Source: Pirellulales bacterium (lineage in GTDB: Bacteria > Planctomycetota > Planctomycetia > Pirellulales > JADZDJ01). Taken from it: DNA of 64,000 nt. The stretch's first letter is position 1, and every line of letters begins with the position of its first letter. The notes beneath the pieces are model-generated. The model worked only from the letters and a program-made list of their open reading frames with translations, was not told the DNA's origin and ran no database searches. This document shows positions 41,642-52,819 of this stretch, piece after piece. The DNA lies in NCBI GenBank assembly GCA_963773925.1, contig CAVZDC010000006.1, forward strand, positions 16,512 through 80,511, written 5' to 3'. Position numbers and translations under genes: made by a program.

Positions 41642-43252
41642 TCAATCGGCGGCCAGGTGTGTTCCCTTCTCGGCCACCGACTGTTTCATGAATAGCACCA
41701 ACACGATCAACCCCGCCGAGAGCACTGCTGCGAACCAAAACACGTCGAAATAAGCCAACGACGATGCCTGCTGCTCACGCAGGTTTTCGAGTGTCTGTAG
41801 CGCCATTTTTTTGGCCAACACCGGATCGCCCGTCATTCGCACGAACGGCGCCTGCAGTTGACGCAAGAAGGCGTTTGTGGCCGGGCTAAATGGATCGAGA
41901 TGCTCGCCGAGCCGCAGCAGGTGGAATTGCTCGCGGCGCTCTTGAATGGTTTGGGCCATCGACGTGCCGACGCTGCCGCCTTCGTTGCGAAGTAGGGCAA
42001 GCAGGCCCACCGCAGCACCGCGTAGATGCACGGGAATGTACTTGAAGGCCGCGACGTTGATCGGCGCGAAAATGAATCCCAGGCCAAGTGTCAGCAGCAT
42101 CCGTGGCCACACCAGTTGAATCGGGCTGACCTGGAGATTCAGCAGCGACATCCAGTAGTTCGAGGCGGACACAAACACCAAACCCACGGCGACCAACCAG
42201 CGGGCATCGAAGGCGCGGCCCAACAGCACGCTGGCGATCAGAAGAGCGGCGATCGAGGTGATCCCGCCGGGCGACAGTTCCAGCCCGGCGCGGTAGGCGT
42301 CGTAGCCAAACAGCGATTGAAGCATGGCGGGGAGCGAAATGCTGGCGGCGTACAGCACGGCAAAAGCGGAGAAGAGGATGATGCAGGACATCGAGAGGTT
42401 GCGATCTTTGAGCACCCGGAAGTTAACGATCGGGTTACTGATGCGCAGCTCGCGGAAAATCAAACAGCCGAGCCCCAACACGAACAGAATCATCAGCGTT
42501 TGCACCCGCCAGAACGGGTCGCCGACCCAGTCCCACTGCTGTCCCTTGCTAAGGGTGATTTCCCAGCACGACATGATCAGGACCAACAGGCCCAGGCCGA
42601 GGTAGTCGAAGTTCAAAGGCTGCCGGCGCAGTTCAGCCCTTTGCCGCTTGAGGTACTCCGGGTCCTCGACGAAGTAGTACGCGGCGACCAGGGCCAGCAG
42701 ACCGACGGGAATGTTGATCAGAAAAATCCAGCGCCAGTTGTAGTTAACGACCAGCCAGCCGCCCAACGTGGGACCGACGATCGGCGCGAGCAACGCGGCC
42801 AGGCCGAAAAGCGTTTGAGCCTGGCCCTGTTTCTCGGGTGGGAACGTGTCGAGCAATACTCCTTGGCTGCTGGGCTGGAGCCCGCCACCGGCCAGCCCCT
42901 GGACGACGCGGAAGAGGATGATCTGCCCCAGGCTCGTCGCAAAGCCGCACAACGCCGAGGCGAGGGTGAAGACGGCGATCGACATCATGAAGTAACGGCG
43001 GCGGCCAAGATGCGCCGAAAGCCAACCGCTAATCGGCAGAATGACGGCATTGGCGGCCAGATAGCTGGTGATGACCCATTCGCTATCGACCACGGCTGCC
43101 GACAGTCCGCCGGCAATGTAGCGCAGCGCCACGTTGGCAATCGTGGTGTCGAGCACTTCCATGAACGTGGGGACGACCACCACGGCGGCCACCAGCCAGG
43201 GATTGATCGCGGGCCGCGCGACCGACGCCGGAATAATGGCGGCACTGCTCAT
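41642..43252 (-). CDS. emrB: DHA2 family MFS efflux permease (EmrB-like)
   Basis: FMEVLDTTIANVAL, WVITSY, FRVVQG.AGG, GPTLGG, WRWIFLINIPVG, LRNEGGS. Confidence 0.9.
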   Translation of the reverse strand: MSSAAIIPASVARPAINPWLVAAVVVVPTFMEVLDTTIANVALRYIAGGLSAAVVDSEWVITSYLAANAVILPISGWLSAHLGRRRYFMMSIAVFTLASALCGFATSLGQIILFRVVQGLAGGGLQPSSQGVLLDTFPPEKQGQAQTLFGLAALLAPIVGPTLGGWLVVNYNWRWIFLINIPVGLLALVAAYYFVEDPEYLKRQRAELRRQPLNFDYLGLGLLVLIMSCWEITLSKGQQWDWVGDPFWRVQTLMILFVLGLGCLIFRELRISNPIVNFRVLKDRNLSMSCIILFSAFAVLYAASISLPAMLQSLFGYDAYRAGLELSPGGITSIAALLIASVLLGRAFDARWLVAVGLVFVSASNYWMSLLNLQVSPIQLVWPRMLLTLGLGFIFAPINVAAFKYIPVHLRGAAVGLLALLRNEGGSVGTSMAQTIQERREQFHLLRLGEHLDPFSPATNAFLRQLQAPFVRMTGDPVLAKKMALQTLENLREQQASSLAYFDVFWFAAVLSAGLIVLVLFMKQSVAEKGTHLAAD

Positions 43253-43259
43253 AGAAGCA

Positions 43260-44778
43260 CTATTGTGCCTGGTCCGAGTCCATCGATGCGGCGCCGCTTT
43301 CCGGCGCCAGCGCCGCTTTTTCGACCGACAACTTGTCCGGCGGCTGCAACACGTCGCCGGCATGCGGCCCGGTCGGCTTCTCCCAGTAGTACACGTGCGG
43401 CACTACGGATAGGCCGATGAACAGCGGCTTCTTGTCGGGATCGTAATTCACCAATTCGATACGCACCGGCAAGCGCTGCACGATCTTCACAAAGTTGCCG
43501 GTGGCGTTTTCCGGCGGCAACAATGCCAACGTGGAACCAGTTCCCATGGTGAAGCCCGAGATGCGCCCTTCGAACGGTTCGCGGCGGCCATACATGTCGA
43601 CATCCAGGAGCACGCGCTGGCCGATGCGCAAATCGGCCAATTGGGTTTCCTTGAAGTTGGCGTCGACCCAAATTTCGGTGAGTGAGCGGACGGCCATCAA
43701 TTCCTGCCCGGCCTGCACATTGTTCCCGGGGTTCACGTTGCGGCGCGTGACCACGCCATCGATTTCCGCCACGACGTCACACCACTTCAGATTCAGCTCA
43801 GCCTGATCCAATTGGCTTTGGGCCTGCATCAGTTTTGCTTGAGCCAATTTGATGGGCGGCGCCTCGGCAATAATTTTGGCGTAAATGCGATCGAGATTTC
43901 CTTCCGGGTCGCGCTTGTAGAACTCTTCGATCACTTGCTTCGGCGTGGCGACATAGGAAGAGGGAACAATGCCCAACGGGGCCGCACTTTGCAATAGCTG
44001 CGCCAGTGCTTCGCGCACGGTGGAAAAATTCTGATCCAAGTCGGGGGGCACTTCGCTTAAGTCGTGCCCTTCGCCCGGGTCGCGCGGCAAACCTAAGCCC
44101 GCGCGAACCTGATAAACCACGCTCCAGCGCCTGTTTCACCCCGGCTTCGGCCACGCGGAAGGCTTCTTTTCGCAAATCGACATCTTGCTGGCTGATGGCG
44201 CCGGGGGTGCGGGAGACTTCGATCGCGCGATCGTAATCGGCCTTGGCCCGCGCCTGCCGGGCCTCGGCGGTTTGCAGCGCCGCCACGTTGGCCCGCAGCG
44301 CGGCCACCTGATCGTTGACCTGTTCGATGGCGTGCTCGAGCTTGAATCGATTGGCGCGGGCCTGGGCCACCAAAGCCCGAACCTCGTCTTTAGCCACTTC
44401 CAGATCAGAAGTGGCGGTGGCCACCACGGCCTTTTGCAGATCGACTTGAATCTGGTAGGGCTGCTTATCGAGTTCGACAAGCATATCCCCTTTGCGAACC
44501 CGGTTGTTATCGTCGACCAAAACTTTGGTCACCTGGCCCGGCACGCGGGCCGCGACGAAGGTGACGTGGCCGTTCACGTAAGCGTCGTCGGTCGAGATCG
44601 TGAACAGCGCGCGGACAAACAGCGGCGCCACGAAAAACAAGAACAGCACCGCGGCGATGCCTAAGCCTCCGGCGATCAACTGCCGCTTTCGATTTCCGCG
44701 CAAGCTCGCTAACAAGGCGGCCACCTTGGGGCGCGGAGTTGGGACGGCGGGTTCGGGCTGCTGCTGGCCGATGGACAT
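43260..44778 (-). CDS. emrA: HlyD/EmrA periplasmic adaptor, frameshift near 44118
   Basis: STDDAYV, VLVDDN.RV.KG, WVDANFKETQL, LLPPENATGNFVKIVQRLPVRI. Confidence 0.9.
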
Positions 44779-44919
44779 ACGGGGGATTCCCAGTGCGAAG
44801 ACTCAACCCTAAAAGATACGTTCTGCAACAGGCCAAACAATGGCCGAAAGACCCCCGCCGTGGCTTAATTCCGGCCGAAAAATGCCTGCTTTTGGACAAG
44901 CGGTCAGGCCCGCCGGGAA

Positions 44920-45069
44920 CTAATGATGCTTGAAGTACTGCACGGCCCGTTCGTGCTTTTCGGCGGCGGCGCGGCTGGAGAATGTTCCCAGGTTCCGGCG
45001 CTTTCCGCTCTTGGGGTTCTTCTTGCGCGAATAGAGCCGGTACTTGCCGGAACTGAGTTTGCGAATCAT
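44920..45069 (-). CDS. Small basic conserved hypothetical protein (49 aa)
   Basis: MIRKLSSGKYRLYSRKKNPKSGKRRNLGTFSSRAAAEKHERAVQYFKHH; resembles a recurring small-protein family (from recall). Confidence 0.75.
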   Translation of the reverse strand: MIRKLSSGKYRLYSRKKNPKSGKRRNLGTFSSRAAAEKHERAVQYFKHH

Positions 45070-45142
45070 GGCCGATGCTCTTGGATCTATTGGACTCCAG
45101 CGCCGAATATTGCAAGGCGTGCGCCGTTTGAGCATGAATTTC

Positions 45143-45175
45143 AATAAAAAACCCCGGCCGTCCGTAGCCGAGGTT
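45143..45175 (-). terminator. Rho-independent terminator after the cytochrome-like gene
   Basis: Minus strand AACCTCGGC-TACGGACG-GCCGGGGTT then TTTTATT. Confidence 0.7.
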
Positions 45176-45211
45176 CGTCGCTGCGGTTAGAAGCTAACTC
45201 AGCGAGGTCGT

Positions 45212-46448
45212 TCAATTTCGCAGCGATTCCACCGCCTGATAAATCTCCTCCGGGTGCCGCTTCGGATCGTACTGGGCGATCACGCCGGCTTTTTCGAACT
45301 CTGGGCGCATCGAGACCGCGCGGCCGTAGCCGTTGTCGCTGATCGAATCGGGCGAAAACGGATGGAATGAAAAAATTCCATCGCTGCCGCGGATGTGGCC
45401 GTACCAGTCGCGCCCCGGTTCGAAATCCGAAACCGGCTTGCTCACCGATTCGTGGCAGCGCATGCAACTGGTGCGATCGACTTGCACGAATCCGGCATCG
45501 TACTTGGCCGGCACGATTTGAAAACTGGCTTCCGTGGTGGGAGCATAAGTTTTCGGTCCACCGGCCGTTTCACGCCACACTTCGCCGGAGGAGGAGCGGA
45601 ACGCGGTGGTGGTGAGCAACTGGCCGACCAGCTTGTCGTCGCCCAAGGGGGGCAACGAATCGACGCCCATCGTTTGCGAGAACGTGCGTTTGGCCGGGTG
45701 ATGGTCGGCCAAGGTGAGCACTTTCATGTCGACGGGCCGTTCCAGATGCTCGACCGCTTGGACTAGATTAGGCTGTTCGCGCCAATCGGGCCGCAGCTCC
45801 TTGATCCGCTTGGCTAGATCGCCGGCCGTGGGGAATGGACGCAGCACGTCCATATCCCAATAGCCGTACGCGCGGGTGCGCGCTGCGCATTTCGAACGTG
45901 TAGGCGTAGCCGTCCGGGCCAGTCATGGCCAGCACTTCGCCCACGAGCGCGCCGACTGGGAAGGTCCAGCCGTACCCATCGCCGCTATCGCCGCGCAGGT
46001 GCTTGCGGTACCACACGACGGGGCGCGGATTGCCCTGGGCATCGTGCGGCAGCCACAAAAACCGAAACACTTCGACGCCGCTGGTGCGCTGTGTTCCGGC
46101 TGGGTGTCCCCAGGGGAACTCGCGGTTGCCGTTTCCATACGGCTCCGATCCATTGGCCGAAATGTTGTAGTACGCCGAATGAACGCCCTGCAGGCCGCCA
46201 GCGAAGAACTGGTAGGCACGGGGAATCTCGCGTTCCGTGTACAAAATCAGACGCGGATCGTCGAGGATCTTCTGCAAATCCGGATCGGCCACGCGGGGCA
46301 GCATCTTCCGTAAACGCTGCTCCTTTTCGGCCGACATCAATTGAACCGTCGGAGCCGGCGCCGCGCCGACCTTTGCCACGGCGGGCTTGGCGCTCTCCGA
46401 CGCGTCGGTCATGCCCAGGGCCAACAAAGCCACTAGTAAACTGTGCAT
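45212..46448 (-). CDS. Secreted protein with a single C-terminal heme c motif, frameshift near 45885
   Basis: AAGGAGG RBS, signal peptide MHSLLVALLALG, WTFPVGALVGE, CMRCH. Confidence 0.7.
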
Positions 46449-46952
46449 GGTCGCCTCCTTGACTACGAACAAGAACGGTCGATCGTGGCCGCCTCGCAAA
46501 AGCGGCTACGTAGCACGATCGAGAAACCAAACTTCTGTGAGTCGCCGCGCGCTGCCTTGCTAGCTGCGGCAATACAAACGGGTGGGACGAACTGGCGGGA
46601 CGAAACTGGGTGGGAGGAATCGTGGCGGGTTGCTAAGGCGGGCTCCGGGCCGCAAGCTTTTTGCAGTTTGCCCGGCGGTTTAAACTTGCCAGAAGCTAGC
46701 AATCGAGAAAGTGACCTTCAATCCCCCAAAATAAGCCAGTGCTTTTCTATAGTTAACACGCTACCCAGCTTCGCTGGAAGATTGCGCAGTATTGTGAAGA
46801 CAGGGACAAGGGGTGGCCCGTTTCTGCGGAGCGAGCCAAGTGGAGTTGGCTGGCGAAGGCACCGGAGAGCATTGCGAACTGGAAAATTATTTCCCGAATA
46901 ATCGCCATGCGGAGTGCTAAGAAGCGAACGCCGTCTGGCGCTCTTTCCTAAC

Positions 46953-48460
46953 TTAACTTTCCCAGTCGAGCGATCGATGGACGGCTTTCTTCCACAGCGC
47001 CAGGCGAGACGCGCGTTCCTCCGGTGGCATCGCCGGCTCGAACTGTTGATCCAGTGCCCAATTGCGTGTCACATCGGCCGTGTCGCTCCAGAACCCGACC
47101 GCCAAACCCGCCAGATAGGCGGCCCCCAGGGCCGTGGTTTCGGCGACGACCGGTCGAACGACCGGCACGCCGAGCAGATCGGCCTGAAATTGCATCAGGG
47201 CGATTGTTGACGCTGGCACCCCCATCGACCTTCAACTGTGCCAGCTTGATGCCGGCATCTTGCTCCATGGCGTGCAGCACGTCGGCCGTTTGGAAGGCCA
47301 TCGATTCCAATGCCGCCCGGGCGATGTGCCCCACGGTGGTGCCGCGCGTGAGTCCGAAGAATCGCCCCGCGGGCGTACTGGTCCCAGTGCGGGGCGCCCA
47401 AGCCGACGAACGCCGGCACGAACACGACGCCGCCCGCATCGGGCACCGTGGCGGCGAGTTTTTCCACGTCGCTGCTGGCTTTGATGGCTCTTAAGCCGTC
47501 GCGCAGCCATTGCACCACCGCCCCGGCGATGAATACCGAGCCTTCCAGGCAATAGGTGGTTTTGCCGTCGATCTGCCAGCCGACCGTAGCCAGCAATTTG
47601 TTCTTCGAATGCACCGGTTTGTTGCCAACGTTCAGCAGCATGAAGCAGCCGGTGCCATAAGTGTTTTTGGCGCTGCCGACGTCGAAACAGGCCTGGCCGA
47701 ACGTGGCCGCCTGTTGATCGCCGGCGCAGCCGCTGATGGGAATGGCGGCGCCGAATAATTCGGGCTCCGTTTCGCCATAGATTTCGCTGGAGGAACGCAC
47801 TTCCGGCAGCATGGCGCGCGGAACGCCCAACAGTTTCAGCAACTCGTCGTCCCATTTCAGCGTATGCAAATTGAACAGCATGGTGCGACTGGCGTTGGTT
47901 ACGTCGGTCACGTGGTGCTTGCCGCCGGTCAACCGCCAGATGAGAAACGAATCGACCGTGCCGAACAGCACTTCGCCCTTGGCGGCGCGCTCGCGCAGAC
48001 CAGGCATCGTGTCGAGCAGATGCATGATTTTGCTAGCGGAGAAATAGGCATCGATCACCAGCCCGGTTTTCTTTTGCACCAGGGCTTCCAAACCATCGGC
48101 TTTGAGCCGATCGCAAATGGGCGCGCTGATACGGCTTTGCCAGACAATGGCGTTGGCCAGAGGCTTACCGGTGGCGCGCTCCCACAGAATGGTCGTTTCG
48201 CGTTGGTTTGTCACGCCGATGGCGGCGATGTCTGCGGCCCCGGCGCCGGCTTTTTTGATCGCCGCACGAGCCACGGCCAACTGCGAATCCCAAATCGATT
48301 CCGGGTCGTGCTCCACGATGCCAGGCGCAGGCAAGATCTGCGGAAATTCGCGCTGCGCGGTGGCCGCCGGCCGCCCGTCGTGACCGAAGAGAATTGCGCG
48401 GCTTGAAGTGGTGCCTTGATCGAGGGCGAGGACGAATTTTTTTGCGGCGGAATTCGTCAT
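46953..48460 (-). CDS. glpK: Glycerol kinase, frameshifts near 47200 and 47362
   Basis: [51 protein letters not shown]. Confidence 0.95.
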
Positions 48461-50001
48461 GGCGACACGTTCTTGCCGAAATGCTCGGCCAGCCGTTGGA
48501 TGGTGCTGTCGACCGCGGCGGGTTTGTCGGCCGCCTTGAGTTTTCCCGCTTCGATCAGCCGATCGGCGAGTTGCTCCAAATACGCGCGCTTCAGCGCCGG
48601 ATGATACAGCAGCATCAATCGCCGCTCCACAAGATCATCGAGCGTCGTAACCCACTGGTTTTGGATGACACGTTGGATCACGTCCGGCGGCAGTTCTGCC
48701 ACGGAAAAACCCGAAGCGGAAGTGGCGATTAGATCGGGTTGGGTTTCGGTGATCGGGCGATCTTGAGTGTTGGCGACTTGCGGCAGGCCGATGCGCTCCA
48801 AGATTTCCCCCGCGGCCTCTTCGGCCAGCGAGCGGCAGGTAGTCAGCTTGCCGCCAATGATCGAATACAGCGGCACGGCGCAGTTGGGATTCGGCTCCAT
48901 CCAATGTCGCCGCGTGACTGCCGCCGGCACGGTGGCGTCGCTGTATGGCAACGGGCGCACGCCGGCGTAGTGCATTTGAATGTCGGCCTTCGTCAGCCCC
49001 AAATCGGGAAATACGTCGTTCACCGCGGCCACCAGATATTCCAACTCGCGCGGCGTGGCAACCGCATCGGCAGGATCGCCCTCGTACGGCTCGTCGGTCG
49101 TGCCAATCAGCGTGCCGTTGACGAAGGGCAAAATGAAAATCGGCCGGCCATCGCCCGCTTCGGTGTACACCGCGCGACCGCCGAGCAATTGCTGCAACTC
49201 CGAATGACTGGTGACAAAGTGGCTGCCCTTGGTGCCCCCCATCAACCGCTTCGATTCGACGCCCAGCGATTTGAGCGTGCGATCGACCCACGCGCCGGTG
49301 GCGTTGACGATGAGCGAGGGTTGAAGATCGTAGGTCTCATCCGGCCGCGCGGTGCTGCGAATGCTGGCGGTGGGGCCGTGCAACAGAACCTCGTGATACG
49401 TGAATACGCGGAATTCGGTTCCCCGATCTGCCGCGAGCTTGCGGGCGTCGTTGAACAGCGCCAGCGTGAATCGTTCGGGGAAAACGACTTGGGCGTCGGA
49501 AAATGCGCACGCCCAGCGGTACTTCGAGAAATCAACAGGCACGACTTCGACGTCGCCGGCACGATACGATCGATGTTTAGGAAGCGTGGGATCGCGGGCA
49601 TAGTTGTCGTACAGCCACAGGCCAAAGCGCACCGTCCACAAGCCGCGGTGCATCACTTTGCCGGGATGCGGGCGATCTTTCATTCCCAGAAATCGCCGGG
49701 CAGCTGATGCCAATCCTCCGAATCGATTGCGCACTGGGATGAACAGCCGCAGCGGCCGCACGAATTGCGGGGCCAAGCGGAGCAATCGTGTGCGTTCGCC
49801 CAGCGCTTCGCGCACCAGCGAAAAATCGCCATATTCCAGATCGCGCAGCCCGCCGTGAATGAGCCGCGAGGAATACGCCGTGGCGCCGTAGGCGATATCG
49901 TGCGTATCGACCACCACCACGCCGACGCCGTTGAGCGCCAGTTCGCGCGCCAGGGCCGCGCCGTTGATGCCGGCGCCAAGAATCAATACAGAAGCGGGCA
50001 T
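48457..50001 (-). CDS. glpD: FAD-dependent glycerol-3-phosphate dehydrogenase
   Basis: [43 protein letters not shown]. Confidence 0.92.
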   Translation of the reverse strand: MPASVLILGAGINGAALARELALNGVGVVVVDTHDIAYGATAYSSRLIHGGLRDLEYGDFSLVREALGERTRLLRLAPQFVRPLRLFIPVRNRFGGLASAARRFLGMKDRPHPGKVMHRGLWTVRFGLWLYDNYARDPTLPKHRSYRAGDVEVVPVDFSKYRWACAFSDAQVVFPERFTLALFNDARKLAADRGTEFRVFTYHEVLLHGPTASIRSTARPDETYDLQPSLIVNATGAWVDRTLKSLGVESKRLMGGTKGSHFVTSHSELQQLLGGRAVYTEAGDGRPIFILPFVNGTLIGTTDEPYEGDPADAVATPRELEYLVAAVNDVFPDLGLTKADIQMHYAGVRPLPYSDATVPAAVTRRHWMEPNPNCAVPLYSIIGGKLTTCRSLAEEAAGEILERIGLPQVANTQDRPITETQPDLIATSASGFSVAELPPDVIQRVIQNQWVTTLDDLVERRLMLLYHPALKRAYLEQLADRLIEAGKLKAADKPAAVDSTIQRLAEHFGKNVSP

Positions 50002-50010
50002 GGCGGTTGA

Positions 50011-50751
50011 TTATCCGCGCAATTGCTCTCGAAGCCAGCCCGGTCTGTTGGTCGTGATGCCTTCCACGCTCATATCGAGCAGCCGCCGTGCCAGCACTGG
50101 GTCGTCCACCGTCCAAGTGCAGAGTCGCAAACCGGCCGATTTGGCGCGATTTACAAGCTCTGCATCGATTGGCCCGGCGGCGTCGAGGTCGAGGCCGTCG
50201 AGCTTCGCGTCGACTGCCGCGGGTACGAGGTGATCCGCGGGGAGAACCCAATCGGATGAATTCTTTTTGCGGGCAACGACCCAGTAGGCCGCGCACTGCG
50301 GAATGGCGTGCTTGATGGCGACAACCACGCCAAGATCGAGGCCGATGAGGATGATTTGTTCGGCAGCGGCGGCGCCGTATCCCGAAATTGCGTGTGAAAG
50401 CGGATCGATGATTTCCGTTCCGCACTTTATTTCAACATACAAACGCTTGCCGGAGGGCACTGTGGCAAAAAGTTGGTCGAGGGTGGGAACTCGCTGCTGG
50501 GCAAATGGCGGCCCTTTCCAGATACCGATGTCATACGCCTGCAGGTCGCGGAGCGTCATATCCGCAACGGCCCGTTCGACGTTGTTGGTGCGCTTTAGCG
50601 AATCGTCATGGATACAAACGACGTGCCCATCGCTGGTCAAACGAAAATCGCCTTCGAGCGCGTCGGCTGCTTCGCGCCAGGCTAATTGCGCAGCGAGAAG
50701 CGTATTCTCCGGCGCGATCCACGAGGAGCCACGATGGGCGATAATTTCCAC
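50011..50751 (-). CDS. glpQ: Glycerophosphodiester phosphodiesterase
   Basis: IIAHRG...APENT, E.D.R.T.DG..VCIHD, EIK, WTVD, GITTN. Confidence 0.9.
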   Translation of the reverse strand: MEIIAHRGSSWIAPENTLLAAQLAWREAADALEGDFRLTSDGHVVCIHDDSLKRTNNVERAVADMTLRDLQAYDIGIWKGPPFAQQRVPTLDQLFATVPSGKRLYVEIKCGTEIIDPLSHAISGYGAAAAEQIILIGLDLGVVVAIKHAIPQCAAYWVVARKKNSSDWVLPADHLVPAAVDAKLDGLDLDAAGPIDAELVNRAKSAGLRLCTWTVDDPVLARRLLDMSVEGITTNRPGWLREQLRG

Positions 50752-50819
50752 GGCATCCCTGCGTTGTGTACAGAAGCCAGAAAGAAATCGCGCTGTTGGT
50801 GAAAAAAGTCTTGCGCAAG

Positions 50820-51482
50820 TTACTTCTTTTTGAGCACTTTTTGCAAGTACACGACGTTGGCCCGGACGCCTTCCAATCCCGGATTGATTTTCAGTGCGTG
50901 GCGGAAATTATCCAGCGCGGCTTGCTGTTCGCCCACTTGCAGCAGGCATTGGCCCAGACCGGCTGCCGCGCCGAAATGGAACGGGTTGAGCTCCAAGGTG
51001 CGGCGGCAGTCGGAAATCGATTCGGCGAACCGGCCCACCGCAAACAGCGCGATGGCGCGCTGATTCCAGGCCTCGGCCAGCCGCTGGTTTTCTTCAATCA
51101 GCTTGGCGGCCGCGACGCGGGCCGCATCGTGTTTTTCGGCGGCATTCAGCGCGATGATGCGGTTGAGCTGCTGTTGCTGGGCCCAACTACCATCGCGGCA
51201 CCAGACGGCGCGGATGGAGGTTTCCGCGATGCCGCGGACGGCGCGATCGGAATCAACCAGCGCGTGTCCGAGCACCGCATTGGAAGCGTAATCGGCAATT
51301 GCCCCCAGCGCCAGCACCGCGGCGCGGCGAGCCCAGCGCGAACGGTGCAAGGTCAATCGTTCCAGCGTGGCCGTGTTGTACCGCTGCGCCACGCGGTGGA
51401 CGAAGGCGGCGTGATCGCGGTCGGCGAGGAACTGATCGTAGAGTTCCGTCAACACAGGCCGACGAATCGCGGATTCACCCAT
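50820..51482 (-). CDS. HEAT + tetratricopeptide repeat protein
   Basis: ARRAAVLALG, AEAWNQRA, LELNPFHFGA, ALKINP. Confidence 0.8.
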   Translation of the reverse strand: MGESAIRRPVLTELYDQFLADRDHAAFVHRVAQRYNTATLERLTLHRSRWARRAAVLALGAIADYASNAVLGHALVDSDRAVRGIAETSIRAVWCRDGSWAQQQQLNRIIALNAAEKHDAARVAAAKLIEENQRLAEAWNQRAIALFAVGRFAESISDCRRTLELNPFHFGAAAGLGQCLLQVGEQQAALDNFRHALKINPGLEGVRANVVYLQKVLKKK

Positions 51483-51722
51483 GACCCATGCTCCAGCGAA
51501 GTCGCTCTAGCGAGGTGAGGTGCCTGGAAGTCCCACAACAGACGCGACACGTTGGGCTCGGCCCGACCTAGCCGGAGCGGCCGGCCCCTGCCCGACCGCT
51601 ACCCACATGCCCCACACTTGTTCACCGCGAGAATTCACGGCTACAGTTTCTAGTGTAATTACCGCCGCCGCGAGGTTAAACTAAATGTGAGGCGCATCAG
51701 CGAAAATTTTTTGGGTACTTTG

Positions 51723-52754
51723 ATGGCCGCGGCGCAACACGGCCGAATGCGGGCGCTGCCGGGCCTTCGTTGCTGGGCGATTGTGGCCGGTCTGATCGTG
51801 GGGCAGCCCGGCTGGGCCAGGGCCGATAGCGCGTGGCTGACCGGCCAGCCTCTTGAAGACGCTCTGTCGCAAAAAACGACCGTCATCTGGTCGAACATTC
51901 CCCTTCGCAAAGCGATCGAAGGGCTGAGCCAATCGCAGAAAGTGGCGATTCTGCTCGATCGCCGGATCGACCCCGACCAGAAAATTGAACTATCGCTGGA
52001 AAACGTTACATTGGCCGACGGCCTGAAGCAGATTGCATCGCGGCTGGGGGCCGGCGCCACGATGCTTGGGCCGGCGGCGTATTTTGGCCCGGCGGCAACC
52101 GCGGCTAGACTCCGGACGGTCGCAGCCCTGCGGCAACAAGAGGCCGAAAAACTGCCGGATGCCATCCGCGCACGTTGGACAGCGCCGCGCGATTGGAAAT
52201 GGGACGACCTGGCGGCTCCACGCGACCTGTTGATCGCACTGGCGCAGGAAGCAGGCGCGACGATACTGAATTCGCAATCGGTGCCAGCCGATTTGTGGGC
52301 GCACGCCGATTTGCCGCCGCTCACGCTGCCCCAGCGGTTCACACTGCTTTTGGCGCAATTCGATCTGACGTACGAATTTTCGGCCGACGGAAGGTCGATT
52401 CGCATTGTGCCCATTCCGGAAAATCTGCAAATCGAGACTGCCGCCGAATCGCCGAGGGATAAACCGGCGGCGGTGAAGCCCGGCCATCGCATCGTCATGG
52501 GAGAGGCGCGGAAGGTTTACTCGCTGCAAGTGGAATTGCCGGTGGGTCAGCTATTGCAGGCGCTGGGGCCGCGGATGGGCCTGGAAATTCACGTCGATAA
52601 GGAAGCGATTGCCGCCGCCGGTAAATCGCTGGATACGAAAGTGAAGATCGACATGAAAGACGTGGGCGACGAGGAACTGCTACACGCCGTGCTGGAGCCG
52701 GCCGGACTAACGTTCACTCGCAAAGACAACGTAGTGGACGTGAAGCCGAAGTGA
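51723..52754 (+). CDS. Secreted STN/secretin N-domain-like repeat protein
   Basis: Signal peptide ending in ARA; repeated PLRKAIE.LS....ILLDRRIDPD and LHAVLEPAGLTF modules. Confidence 0.6.
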   Translation: MAAAQHGRMRALPGLRCWAIVAGLIVGQPGWARADSAWLTGQPLEDALSQKTTVIWSNIPLRKAIEGLSQSQKVAILLDRRIDPDQKIELSLENVTLADGLKQIASRLGAGATMLGPAAYFGPAATAARLRTVAALRQQEAEKLPDAIRARWTAPRDWKWDDLAAPRDLLIALAQEAGATILNSQSVPADLWAHADLPPLTLPQRFTLLLAQFDLTYEFSADGRSIRIVPIPENLQIETAAESPRDKPAAVKPGHRIVMGEARKVYSLQVELPVGQLLQALGPRMGLEIHVDKEAIAAAGKSLDTKVKIDMKDVGDEELLHAVLEPAGLTFTRKDNVVDVKPK

Positions 52755-52819
52755 CGCAAAAGGCGTCATGAGTCGAAGCGGCGATGGAACGCGCCGGTCG
52801 ATGCACCTAATCGTTTTCG

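Noticed and set aside
46620-46720. Possible c-di-GMP-I riboswitch (GGCAAAC on the minus strand)
   Set aside because: The GNRA/receptor and GCAAAG core elements could not be found in the right order
46953-50751. glpQ-glpD-glpK operon as a novel system
   Set aside because: Standard glycerophosphodiester/glycerol catabolism
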